Source: Verrucomicrobiota bacterium (GTDB lineage: Bacteria; Verrucomicrobiota; Verrucomicrobiia; Limisphaerales; UBA9464). Taken from it: a stretch of DNA of 64,000 bases. Position numbers and translations under genes: made by a program. The stretch lies in assembly GCA_017309115.1 (NCBI GenBank), contig JAFLEF010000001.1:184616-248615 (forward strand), written 5' to 3'. Position 1 is the first letter of the stretch; the number at the start of each line of letters is the position of its first letter. Positions 47,311 through 56,600 of this stretch are shown piece after piece. The notes beneath the pieces were generated by a model, which made no database searches, was not told the origin of the DNA, and was given only the letters and a program-made list of their open reading frames with translations.

Positions 47311-47515
47311 GTAGAGCGACGCTCTGGAGCGTCTCACCTGATGCGTTACTTCGCCTTTCTATGGAGTGCGGTAGCCCATGCTACCGCTTTTGCATTTTCC
47401 CAGGACGTGGGTGGCGTGGAGACGCATTGGTTGCCGCTGGCCCTCGCCCGTGAGAAAGCGGCAGAAAGTCTAGAAGGTCTGCCGCACTCCACAGTTCCTC
47501 AAATCCTCGCCCGAC
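47311..47515 (+). repeat. degenerate long family-A element with nested family-T element (47360-47493, inverted relative to the 35969 copy)
   Basis: Outer arms gtagagcgacgctctggagcg ... cctcaaatcctcgcccgacc. Inner termini tatggagtgcggtagcccatgctaccgctttt / aaagcggcagaaagtctagaaggtctgccgcactccaca. The central part is the reverse complement of the 35969 copy's centre (attttcccag...cctcgcccgtg). Confidence 0.7.
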
Positions 47516-47536
47516 CAAAAATTCCGCTGATTGCCG

Positions 47537-47564
47537 CGAATCCTTTTCCGGGAACCGCGGTAGA
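47537..47564 (+). promoter_or_regulatory. candidate ECF-type promoter, CGAATC-N16-GGTAGA
   Basis: Same architecture as the other sites. Ends 10 nt before ATG 47575. Confidence 0.5.
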
Positions 47565-47574
47565 GCGAGGGTGA

Positions 47575-50500
47575 ATGAACTTCCTCCGCCCTTCCACTTG
47601 CCCCCCCAGAAACCTTCTCTCCACCATCACCCTCGCGATCCTGACGATGCTGATTCCGCTCACCGGAACCGCCGATTCCACAATTCTCCCCGCCGATTCA
47701 CCCGGTCACGAACGGCCCCGCCTACTGCTACCCGTAGCCGAATCGCCTCAACCGTCCTCCACACCCCTGCGGACTCCGGCACTAAGACCCTCCGGAACGC
47801 TGAAGCTGAATCCGAGCTTCGAGCGCAATCAAACCGACTGGCTCCAAGTCGGCCGCCAACTGCGATTGGACCTGCTCGAAAATCAGGACATCACCTTGCA
47901 GATTGACGCGGTTCGCACGCTCGAGGACGGAACCACTCATGTGCTGGGCCGCTCGCCGGAGAATCCGGGAAGCCACATTCACATGATGCTCGACCAGTCC
48001 CAGTTGAGTGGATTCGCCCACATCCCGAGTTTTGGAACCTTCACTTGGAATCCTGCGGCCAACGGTCAAACCCAAGTGACCCAGCAACCCCCCAACCGGG
48101 CTCACTGGTGCGCCACCGACATTCTGAATCCGACCGCGGTGGAAGCTTCCCGACCGTCCAACTCGGTCGAACGGCAAACCATCATCAATGGTGTTTGGGA
48201 TCCCACCACCGAACCGACGTCCGTAGACATTCTCGTGCTCTTCACCGCCGACGCCGCGGCCGCCGAGGGGAGCGATGCCGCCCTGACCGAGCACATCCAC
48301 GAATTGGTTGCGCGCGCGAGTCGAACCTTCACCAACAGCCTCATCGGCATCCGACTGAACCCGGTCTACATCGGCCGGATCGATCACCTCAAGGAAAGCG
48401 GGAACATCATTACCGACGCCAGCTTTCTGGCCACCGACGCCCAAGTCGCCGCCCTGCGCAAGGACTACAAAGCAGACCTAGTGTACTTGATTGTCGAGGT
48501 GGACACCGTCGGCTTTCTGGGATTTGCCACCATGGTGAGCAACCAGACAGAGGGAAATCCGCAGCGTGCCTACAGCGTGATGCGGCGGGCGGTGATCTCC
48601 GGGTATCCGCGCGGCTTCGGGTTCGACAGTCTGATTTTCACCCATGAGACGGCCCACATGTTCGGCGCGGGGCACGATGTTGAGCACGGATTTCCCTCCC
48701 CGTTTCAAGGGCAGGCTCCAGCCTATCCGTACGGCAACGGCTACCGCTTCGCAGCCGGGGGCACCACTTATCGCACGGTGATGTCGTACGACCCGGGCAT
48801 CCAACTTTCCCTCTTCTCCAATCCTAACCTCACTTTTGCCCGAGTGCCCCTGGGAGTCGCCGGGCAGGCCGACAATACCCAGGCCTTGAATCGAATGGCG
48901 GGCGTCGTCGCGCGTTACACCGCCGCTCTCAGCCGAATCGAATTTGCACAACCCAGCCTGACCGTGACCGAAGGTGACGGCAGCATCCGTCTCACCTTGA
49001 CTCGAACCGGCGACCTCAAGGCGGCGACTCAAGTCAAAGTCGTCGTCGACAAAGCCAGCACGGCCACAGCCTTGCAGGATCACAGCCTGTCGCCGTCGAC
49101 CTCGATCTTCTTCAGCTCCGGCCAGTCCACCGCGGAAGTGATCATTCCGCTGTTGCAGGACGCGGAACTGGAAGGAGACGAAGTCCTGAAACTCTCCCTC
49201 TCCGGAGTCACGGGCAATCACGGCCTGGGGCAAGTTTCCCACTGCACAATCACGGTTCGCGATGACGAACCAGCCTTCGTGCTGAGCACCACCTCGGCGG
49301 TCCTAAAGGAAGCGGACGGAGAAATCGACGTAACCGTGGAGTTCACCGGCGCCCTCACCGAGGGCAATCCGGTGGAAACATCCCTCGTCGTGGGTCAACC
49401 CGGAGACTCCGCCTCCGCTAACGACTTCGAAGTGACTCCCCGTCAGCTAACGTTCTCTGCCGGCCAGCGCCAACAGACCTTCCGCATTCGCGCTCAACCC
49501 GACGACTTGGCAGAGGCGGATGAGACGGCTCAACTCAGCATCGGCAACGCCCAACTCACCGTCCGCCTTCTCGACGATGATCGCCCCGGAACACTTCTAC
49601 CCGTCGCCATTCCCAATGGATCCATCTCCGCGCTTAAGGCCCTGCCGGACGGCGGGGTGTTGGCCGCGGGCACGTTCACTCGATTGGATGGAATTCGTCG
49701 AACTGGGGTCGTTCGCCTGAATGCCAACGGACAGGTTGATCCCAACTTCAATCCCCCGGAATTGCTCACCGCCACCGTTCAGGACTTCACTGTCCCACCG
49801 GCCGAAATCAACTGCGTCCTGCCGGACAGTCGCGGTCGCCTAGTGCTCGGTGGCTTCATCGCTCTGGCGGACGGTCGAACCGTTCACAATCTGGTACGCC
49901 TGGAAGCGGACGGACGGTTGGACACCACCTTTCAACCACCCAAGTTGGACGGATCAGTTTGGAGTTTGGCCGAGCAGCCGGACGGCAAGATTTTGGTGGG
50001 TGGAGCCTTCGATCATGTCGGCACCCAAAACATTCGTGGGCTGACCCGTCTGAACCCGGACGGTTCCCTGGACTCTGGATTCCACAGCACTCCAGGATTC
50101 GGGGGTATCATTGTGTTTGGTTCCGCCGTGGGAGTTCTGCCGGAGGGCAAGATTCTCGTGGGCGGGATTCTGTCCGAGTACCACGGAACGAACGTCTTCA
50201 ACCTCGTCCGTCTCAATCCAGACGGATCCCTCGATCGGAGTTTTCCGCTTCTGGAAACCGGTACTTCCGCCGAGGTCGACAGCATCGCCGTTCTGCCGGA
50301 TGGCCGAGCGTATCTGAGCGGCTTCTTCGAATTCATCGGCGGCCAACCCCACCGGCGATTGGCCCGACTCAAGGCGGATGGAACCGTTGACCCAACCTTT
50401 CGTTCCTCGGAGGCCAATGCGGAAATCTATCACGTCCATCCCCTCCCGAATGGCCAAGTACTGGTGGGAGGGATGTTCGCCCGGATCGGCGGCAGCGAGC

Positions 50501-50898
50501 GGCGATATGTCGCCTTGCTGAACGAAGACGGAACTCTCGATACCCGTTTCGATTTGGGGCGCGGTGCCGGCGACCACGTCTGGAACGTGACAGTGGCCGG
50601 GGATGGCTCGCTGTACTTGGGAGGAGTGCTCCAAGAGTTCAACGATCAGCCGGCGCCGTATCTCGCGCGCCTACGGCTTCCCCCCATCACCGGCTCGATC
50701 CTCTCGCCCGACCTGAGCGGTGGTGAATTCAAGAGTCGGGTGTACGGGCTCCCAGGAATGAGCTACCCCCTCGAATCCAGTATCGATCTGATCCACTGGC
50801 AACCCGCCGGCGAAGTCCAAGTGGAACGTCTGGACCAAACCGCCCCCTTTGCGATTCCCGCGGCGGGCACCTCCCAGTTCCTCCGCCTCAAACCGTGA
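47575..50898 (+). CDS. secreted metzincin / Calx-beta / delta-60-type propeller protein (MP2)
   Basis: Signal peptide MNFLRPSTCPPRNLLSTITLAILTMLIPLTGTA. HETAHMFGAGHD starts at 48643, with Met-turn VMSY. Calx-beta-like modules and many RLN.DG..D..F repeats. Ends ...SQFLRLKP. Paralog of MP1 and MP3. Confidence 0.85.
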   Translation: MNFLRPSTCPPRNLLSTITLAILTMLIPLTGTADSTILPADSPGHERPRLLLPVAESPQPSSTPLRTPALRPSGTLKLNPSFERNQTDWLQVGRQLRLDLLENQDITLQIDAVRTLEDGTTHVLGRSPENPGSHIHMMLDQSQLSGFAHIPSFGTFTWNPAANGQTQVTQQPPNRAHWCATDILNPTAVEASRPSNSVERQTIINGVWDPTTEPTSVDILVLFTADAAAAEGSDAALTEHIHELVARASRTFTNSLIGIRLNPVYIGRIDHLKESGNIITDASFLATDAQVAALRKDYKADLVYLIVEVDTVGFLGFATMVSNQTEGNPQRAYSVMRRAVISGYPRGFGFDSLIFTHETAHMFGAGHDVEHGFPSPFQGQAPAYPYGNGYRFAAGGTTYRTVMSYDPGIQLSLFSNPNLTFARVPLGVAGQADNTQALNRMAGVVARYTAALSRIEFAQPSLTVTEGDGSIRLTLTRTGDLKAATQVKVVVDKASTATALQDHSLSPSTSIFFSSGQSTAEVIIPLLQDAELEGDEVLKLSLSGVTGNHGLGQVSHCTITVRDDEPAFVLSTTSAVLKEADGEIDVTVEFTGALTEGNPVETSLVVGQPGDSASANDFEVTPRQLTFSAGQRQQTFRIRAQPDDLAEADETAQLSIGNAQLTVRLLDDDRPGTLLPVAIPNGSISALKALPDGGVLAAGTFTRLDGIRRTGVVRLNANGQVDPNFNPPELLTATVQDFTVPPAEINCVLPDSRGRLVLGGFIALADGRTVHNLVRLEADGRLDTTFQPPKLDGSVWSLAEQPDGKILVGGAFDHVGTQNIRGLTRLNPDGSLDSGFHSTPGFGGIIVFGSAVGVLPEGKILVGGILSEYHGTNVFNLVRLNPDGSLDRSFPLLETGTSAEVDSIAVLPDGRAYLSGFFEFIGGQPHRRLARLKADGTVDPTFRSSEANAEIYHVHPLPNGQVLVGGMFARIGGSERRYVALLNEDGTLDTRFDLGRGAGDHVWNVTVAGDGSLYLGGVLQEFNDQPAPYLARLRLPPITGSILSPDLSGGEFKSRVYGLPGMSYPLESSIDLIHWQPAGEVQVERLDQTAPFAIPAAGTSQFLRLKP

Positions 50899-50911
50899 GG
50901 GACGCAAAGCG

Positions 50912-51002
50912 GTAGGGCGACGCTCCGCGGAGCCGTTCCCGTGTGGACTCCTGACGTATCATTTCGCCGAGACGCGAACGGCTCGGTGTAACCTCGCCCT
51001 AC
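50912..51002 (+). repeat. family-A palindromic intergenic element (reference copy)
   Basis: GTAGGGCGAcgctccgcgGAGCCGTTCccgtgtggactcctgacgtatcatttcgccgagacgcGAACGGCTCggtgtaaccTCGCCCTAC. Paired arms are GTAGGGCGA/TCGCCCTAC and GAGCCGTTC/GAACGGCTC. Most copies also have an inner CGCGTC/GACGCG pair. Confidence 0.85.
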
Positions 51003-51064
51003 CCCTTACCGCTTACCGCTTCGCGCTTACCGGCTCAAGACGGAGACACGTCACGGAGTTCGAC

Positions 51065-51135
51065 GCTGACCAGCAAACTCCGGTCGGCCCAGCTGCGCTG
51101 GCCAACCGGGGACAGCCCAGCGGTCCATCCCTACC
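51065..51135 (+). repeat. family-C element
   Basis: gctgaccagcaaactccggtcggcccagctgcgctggccaaccggggacagcccagcggtccatccctacc. Confidence 0.8.
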
Positions 51136-51142
51136 CTTCCGG

Positions 51143-51203
51143 TCTCTCAACTCTCAACTTTCAACTCTCAACTGGTCTTTCTCTCAGCTCTCAGCTCTCA
51201 GCT
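51143..51203 (+). repeat. heptanucleotide arrays (tctcaac-like x4, ctctcag x3)
   Basis: tctctcaactctcaactttcaactctcaact ggtcttt ctctcagctctcagctctcagct, 45 nt upstream of the sigma-2 ATG. Confidence 0.8.
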
Positions 51204-51248
51204 TTCCCAAGCCCCTCCTTTTCTCCACGATCTCTGGTACCAGATCCC

Positions 51249-51986
51249 ATGTCGGACGTCCCCCCACCTCGCGAATTCACCACCACTCGGTGGAGCGTCG
51301 TGCTACGCGCCGGCGGGGCCAGTCCGGAACAGGCGCAGGCCGCCCTCGAACAGTTATGCCGCGATTATTGGTATCCGCTCTACGCCTATGTTCGCCGCCA
51401 GGGACATTCCCCCGAAGACGCCGCCGACCTCACGCAGGAGTTCTTTGCCAAGTTGCTCGGAATCGACTTCACACAGGGTTTGAGTCCAGAACGCGGCCGC
51501 TTCCGGTCCTTCCTGCTCACATCGCTGAACCGCTTTATCATTGATGAATGGCGCAAAGCCCAACGGCAGAAACGCGGTGGCCAGACACGCACTCTTTCCC
51601 TTGATGCCCTGACGCTCGAACGGGGCGAGGCCAGTTACCTGAGGGAGACGTCCCACCAGGAAACGCCCGAGCACCTGTACCAGCGAACCTGGGCCGAAAC
51701 CCTCCTGGCCCGGGTCCTGAGTCGACTGTCCGCCGAATGCAACAGTCGGGGCGATGATCGCTATGCCACCGTAGAACCCTTCCTAGCCGCGGGTCAGGAA
51801 CCACCGTCTCTGGCCCACGCTGCCGCTCAACTAGGACTGGGAATCCCAGCGTTTAAGTCCCTGCTCCACCGCTTTCGCCAACGGTATCGGGAACTCCTTT
51901 TTGACGAAGTGCGCCAGACCGTCGGTGACTACGGCGACGCTCAAGACGAACTGCGTGGATTGCTGGCAGCCGTGCGCGGCGAGTGA
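51249..51986 (+). CDS. ECF-like sigma factor, STK-associated type (sigma-2)
   Basis: 245 aa. MSDVPPPREFTTTRWSVVLRAGGASPEQAQAALEQLCRDYWYPLYAYVRRQGHSPEDAADLTQEFF. Paralog of sigma-1 and sigma-3. Confidence 0.85.
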   Translation: MSDVPPPREFTTTRWSVVLRAGGASPEQAQAALEQLCRDYWYPLYAYVRRQGHSPEDAADLTQEFFAKLLGIDFTQGLSPERGRFRSFLLTSLNRFIIDEWRKAQRQKRGGQTRTLSLDALTLERGEASYLRETSHQETPEHLYQRTWAETLLARVLSRLSAECNSRGDDRYATVEPFLAAGQEPPSLAHAAAQLGLGIPAFKSLLHRFRQRYRELLFDEVRQTVGDYGDAQDELRGLLAAVRGE

Positions 51987-52023
51987 ACAGGCAGAGTCTC
52001 CGACGGTCGCTCCCCGTCCCCGC

Positions 52024-55000
52024 CTATGGGTGGTCTTCCAGCTTCTCCCAGGGAGGCGCCCACCAGACACACGCGCTGTTTTGGGGAGCATCGCCCATCA
52101 ACAGAATGGATCCGTCAGGGGACACATCCACCACAGCGGGAAATCCGGGCAGTTCCTGCTTTAACCGCAATAACTCCTGGCCGCTGTCCTGTTCGAGGAT
52201 GTACGCGCCCGGAAGAACGATCCGACCCTCCCGCGGCCAAAACGCCGAGCTGTGAGCCGTCATGATTCCAAGATGCGGCAATGATTCCACCACCTGGAAC
52301 GTCCGGGTCTCCATCACCGCCTTGGGTCCATCAGAAGACGTCAGCAGCAGAAGCTGACCATCGGCGGAAACCGAGACGTCCGTGAACCGACCCGGCGTCG
52401 GGAACGGTCCTTCCAACCGGCGACGAACCACATCGAGGACAAGCAGTTTTCCGTCGGTTTGAATCTCATACATCTTCCCAGTGGCCCGACACAGCGCGCT
52501 CCTCAGGTTGCGGAGTTCCACGTCCCAAAGTCGCGTACGGGCGGCCATGTCCCAAACTTGGAGACGCCGGTCGCCACAACGAGCAATCAGTAATCCTTCC
52601 CGCGCCATCCACTGCAACCATACGGGTGAAGCCTCGCCGGTCTTTAGTTCGCCAACCGGAGCCAACGTCCCGGCGTCATACAGCGTGATGCCCCCGCTGA
52701 CCCGACCCATGCCCAACAGATTCAACTCCGGCAAGTAGATCGGATAGCTGATGTTCGTTCCGAATTGTGGCTGCGGAACGGGGACAAACTCGGGGGGGTC
52801 GCCCGATAAAGCTGTCCGGCCATATCCACCAGCATGAGTTCCTGGCCTTGCGGATGAAAATCAATCGAGCGGAGGGGCATGGGAAACACGGTCGCGCCGC
52901 GGTGTCGTTCGGGGGCCTCCAAATTCCACTGCCCTAGAGAACGCTCCCCGTCGCCCGCACTGCTGAGATAGGTCTTTTCATCCGCCAGCAGGACGGACGC
53001 CGACCAGCCTCCGTCGAGAATCGAGCGCAAGGACTTGAACTCAGGAACGCTCCAAACGCGTTGCCCGGAAATCAGTCGGCGACCCGAACGATCGAACAGG
53101 ACCGTTGTTCCTCCACCTTCCAATTCCGCTACGAGTTCTTGGGTCGCCAACTTCCAAACGCGTACCCGCGCGGTTTTGAAACCTCCTGTCGCTACAAGAT
53201 ACTGACCGTCGGGAGAGAACGCCGCCGCCAGGACAAAATCCTCGTTCACCGAAAACCGTCCCAGCTCCCGACCCGATTCCCACTCCACCCAACGAACCAG
53301 CCCACCCACTTCCTCAATCGTGAGGCTCTTTCCGTCCGGAGCAAAGGTCAGGCTGTGGCCACTCGACCACGTTGGATACCGCCCCGACAGAGTCTCGCGA
53401 AGTTCACCGGTCTCGGTCTCGAACACCAGTACCCGCCCATCCGGCGACAGGGTACTGGCCGCCAGAAACCGACCATCCACACTCACCGCCAGGTTCCGCG
53501 GGATCCACGGCAGAGGTAGCGAGCGCACATCCGTGCGGGTCCGCGTGTCCCAAAGGCGAATTCGAGAAAGGTTGGTACTTCGGGAATCGGTGAAGGCCAG
53601 CAGCCACGTTCCAGGGATTGCCACCAAACCGGTCCCGACTCGGTTGCCCGAAGGTTCGACCGGATCTTGAACCCGATTGATCGCTTCCGGGAGTTCGTAG
53701 ATCAGGGTCCGGGATCCAACGTCCCAGAGCGAGAAGCCGCCTTCCGATTCCCCCGCCGCCACCGAGGTTCCATCAGGCAGGACCGCCAGCGAAATGATGC
53801 GATTGGAGCGCGTTCCGAACAGCGCTTCCTGTTCCGGGCGGCTCACCTGCCACAAGTAACGCCACTCCCAACCCCGCAGTTCGGATTCGCCAGGTCCGGG
53901 ACGGGTTCGTTCGAGAATCTGCCGGACTTGGCTCCAATCGCGATTTTTAACCGCCTCGCCCGCCAGCATGATCTCGGCGCGGTACGCGTTCTTTCGCGAA
54001 CTTAACGCGGCTTCCGCCGCCCGTCGCCATTGCCAAGTGATCCCTCCAATAGCGAACAGTGCTAGTCCGACACACACCACGCTTAGTCCCGCCACCACCG
54101 GTCGGCGCCGCACCCATTTCCCCAAACGTTCGGGCAGAGAAGGCGGGCGAGCCAAAATGGGTTCATGCCGCCGCCAACGCGTCAGTTCCTCCGCGACTTC
54201 CACGGCACTGGCATAGCGTCGTTCCGGAGATTTCTCCAAACATCGGAGTGCGATTGTCGCCAAGTCCGCCGGGAGTCCGGGCCGCAAGGCATTCGGCGGC
54301 AAAGGGTCGTCCTGCACCACCGCGCGCAGGGTTTCGGTGAGGGTTTCTCCCAGGGCCGGCGGACGACCCGTCAAAAGATAGTAAAGAATCGCCCCCAGTC
54401 CGAAGACATCCGTGGGTGTCCCGGTCACTCCGAGTGAGGAGTCCACCTGTTCGGGCGCCATGAAATTGGGCGAACCAGCACTCTCGAGGGATTGGGTCGG
54501 ATCCACCAGGGACTTGGTCAGTCCAAAGTCCGTCAGCTTCGGTTCGTCATCCGGTCCAATCAGCACATTGGCCGGCTTGAGATCCCGGTGAATGACCCCG
54601 TGTTGATGCGCATAGTGGACCGCCCGGGCGATCTGTTCCACGTAACGGGCCGCCGTGGCGACGGGCAGCAGACCTTCGCGACAAGCCTGACTCAGATTTC
54701 GCCCCGGCACGTACTCCATCGCGAAGAACGGTCGGCCGTCGTGCTGTCCCACCTCATGAATCGTGACGATACCCGGGTGAGTCAGCCGAGCGGCGATCTT
54801 GGCTTCGCGCAGCAACCGCTCCTTCGACTTGGCATCGGCAAACTCTCCCGCCAACAGCATCTTCAAGGCGACCAAACGATCCAAACCCGTCTGGCGCGCC
54901 TTGTAGATCACTCCCATTCCACCCCGCCCCACCTCCTCCAAAAGCTCATAGGAACCGAACCACACCGACACGCGTCCACCCGCCATCGCCGGATCCTCGC

Positions 55001-55127
55001 CCCGAGCGTCCCGCTCCCCGTCCGCGCCCAAAAAATCCTCCAACCGGCAACCGGAGCAGACCTCCCCTGGGAGGGTATCCCCCAACGGGGCATCACACCG
55101 AGAGCAACGTTTGGAGGCATCAGTCAT
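52024..55127 (-). pseudogene. Ser/Thr kinase-WD40 paralog (K2) split by a frameshift at a G7/C7 tract
   Basis: Track ORFs 52722-55190 (822 aa: kinase + TM + propeller) and 52024-52734 (236 aa) are colinear with K1. The second ORF aligns with the K1 C-terminus (...SPDG..LLLT..., ...WRAPSWEE / WWAPPWEK). The junction maps to coding-strand ACCCCCCCGAG (52792-52798): frame 1 gives LYRATPPS, and the +1-shifted frame gives PPEFVPVPQPQFGTN, versus K1 APDFKLVPVPALGTD. One extra C would restore a ~1034-aa ORF. Start placed at MTDASKRCSRC (55127). Confidence 0.8.
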
Positions 55128-55134
55128 GATCGCT

Positions 55135-55162
55135 ACCACGGCAAAATCGGGCGAAGGATTCC
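55135..55162 (-). promoter_or_regulatory. candidate ECF-type promoter, GGAATC-N16-CGTGGT
   Basis: On the minus strand: ggaatc cttcgcccgattttgc cgtggt. Ends 7 nt before the K2 ATG (55127). Confidence 0.45.
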
Positions 55163-55279
55163 TGGAATCTGAAATACCATTGCAACCCATCCGAGCCTTG
55201 ATTTGTTCAGCCGCGGCGAGAGATAGAACTCGGAATCTGCCTTCCGGTCCACCGATGTCGCCCCCTAGGTCAACACGCG

Positions 55280-55370
55280 GTAGCGCGACGCTCCGCGGAG
55301 CCGTTCCCGTGTGGACACCCGACGCGTCATTTCGCCGAGACGCGAACGGCTCGGTGTAACCTCGCCCTAC
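55280..55370 (+). repeat. family-A palindromic intergenic element
   Basis: gtagcgcgacgctccgcggagccgttcccgtgtggacacccgacgcgtcatttcgccgagacgcgaacggctcggtgtaacctcgccctac. Confidence 0.85.
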
Positions 55371-55646
55371 CTTCCTTGCCGCTTCCCGCTTCGCGCTTAC
55401 CGATTTTGCCTCTCAGCTCTCATAGTTACACCATTCGAGCATCCCAAGATGGCCGGACCTGGTGGGAGTTAGATTGGGAAAAGAGCACGCATTGGAGTAC
55501 GGAAAAAATCCCCGTCGGCTCCGACCATTTCGCTGGCGTGGCGGAACTGAGCCTTCTGACGGATCCTTGGGGTTTCAATAACGAGGACGCCATGTACCTC
55601 CTTCAAGTAATTCGTGCCCCCTGAAGCCAAGGATCCTGCCAACTGC

Positions 55647-56087
55647 TCAGCCAATCAACTCCACCGCCGCACGTTCCGGTGAATTGGGTTTAATCAATTG
55701 GGAGATCTGTCGGTCCAAAGTGGCCAACACTCCCCCTCGATGCAGGGCAAGTCCCAACAGATAGGCATCGGTGACTTGCTGGTGTCCGACCAAACGCACT
55801 CCGGCAAAAGCCGCCCCTTCGGCGAACGGCTGATCCATGTGCCAGAAGGTATGATCTGTGGCCGCCGTGTTGGCGGCAAGAACCCCAGCCGCCTCGCGTG
55901 GAGTCACCGCATCCCGGGAAAACGCAGGATTGGAAACGATCCGCACAAAGCCCGCCTCGGTGAGAGGGCAAGTCGCCCACCCCTTGACCCGCCGGCGCGC
56001 AAACCAGCGAACGGCTACTTCGTGCTGCCCATGGCTTGGCCAGAGAAGCGCGACCAAGACGTTGGTATCGAGCAAGTATCCCGTCAT
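55647..56087 (-). CDS. vapC: PIN-domain toxin VapC
   Basis: 146 aa. MTGYLLDTNVLVALL (first acidic PIN residue), later conserved TE.GF and D residues. Overlaps the antitoxin gene by 4 nt. Confidence 0.85.
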   Translation of the reverse strand: MTGYLLDTNVLVALLWPSHGQHEVAVRWFARRRVKGWATCPLTEAGFVRIVSNPAFSRDAVTPREAAGVLAANTAATDHTFWHMDQPFAEGAAFAGVRLVGHQQVTDAYLLGLALHRGGVLATLDRQISQLIKPNSPERAAVELIG

Positions 56088-56311
56088 GCACCCTCAGATT
56101 CCAAGCGCCGCACATCCTCGGTCGTTACTATGGGAGAATCAGCGGGCAGCTGAAAAACCACCAGTCCTCCCTCCACTTTGGACGACGTCGGTGCGTTCAG
56201 CCCCCGACGCACCAATTCCGAAATGGTCTTTCCGAGGGATAGGCCCCTCGCCTTCGCCTGACGGGCTGCCAATTCGGCGACATCAGGATCGAGAGTCAGC
56301 GTGGTTCTCAT
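56084..56311 (-). CDS. vapB: VapB-type antitoxin
   Basis: 75 aa from ATG 56311: MRTTLTLDPDVAELAARQAKARGLSLGKTISELVRRGL. The track ORF (to 56503) is extended through intergenic repeat C. Confidence 0.7.
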   Translation of the reverse strand: MRTTLTLDPDVAELAARQAKARGLSLGKTISELVRRGLNAPTSSKVEGGLVVFQLPADSPIVTTEDVRRLESEGA

Positions 56312-56420
56312 GTTCGATGCATGCTTCCGGAGAGGTTTGATGTCAAACTGTGAATTTCGCATCAAATGAAAGAGTTGATGCTGACTAGCGCCCCCGATGA
56401 GGCCAGCAGCGTAACCCTCA

Positions 56421-56485
56421 CTGACCAGCAACGACCGGTCGGCCCAGCTGCGCCGGCCAACCGGGGACAGCCCAGCGGTCCATCT
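56421..56485 (+). repeat. family-C element
   Basis: ctgaccagcaacgaccggtcggcccagctgcgccggccaaccggggacagcccagcggtccatct. Confidence 0.75.
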
Positions 56486-56495
56486 ACTTTTCCGG

Positions 56496-56556
56496 TCTCT
56501 CAACTCTCAACCTTCAACTCTCAACTGGTCTTTCTCTCAGCTCTCAGCTCTCAGCT
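56496..56556 (+). repeat. heptanucleotide arrays (tctcaac-like x4, ctctcag x3)
   Basis: tctctcaactctcaaccttcaactctcaact ggtcttt ctctcagctctcagctctcagct, 45 nt upstream of the sigma-3 ATG. Confidence 0.8.
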
Positions 56557-56600
56557 TTTCTTCCTCGGCCTTTTCTCCACGCTCTCCGGCACCAGATCCC

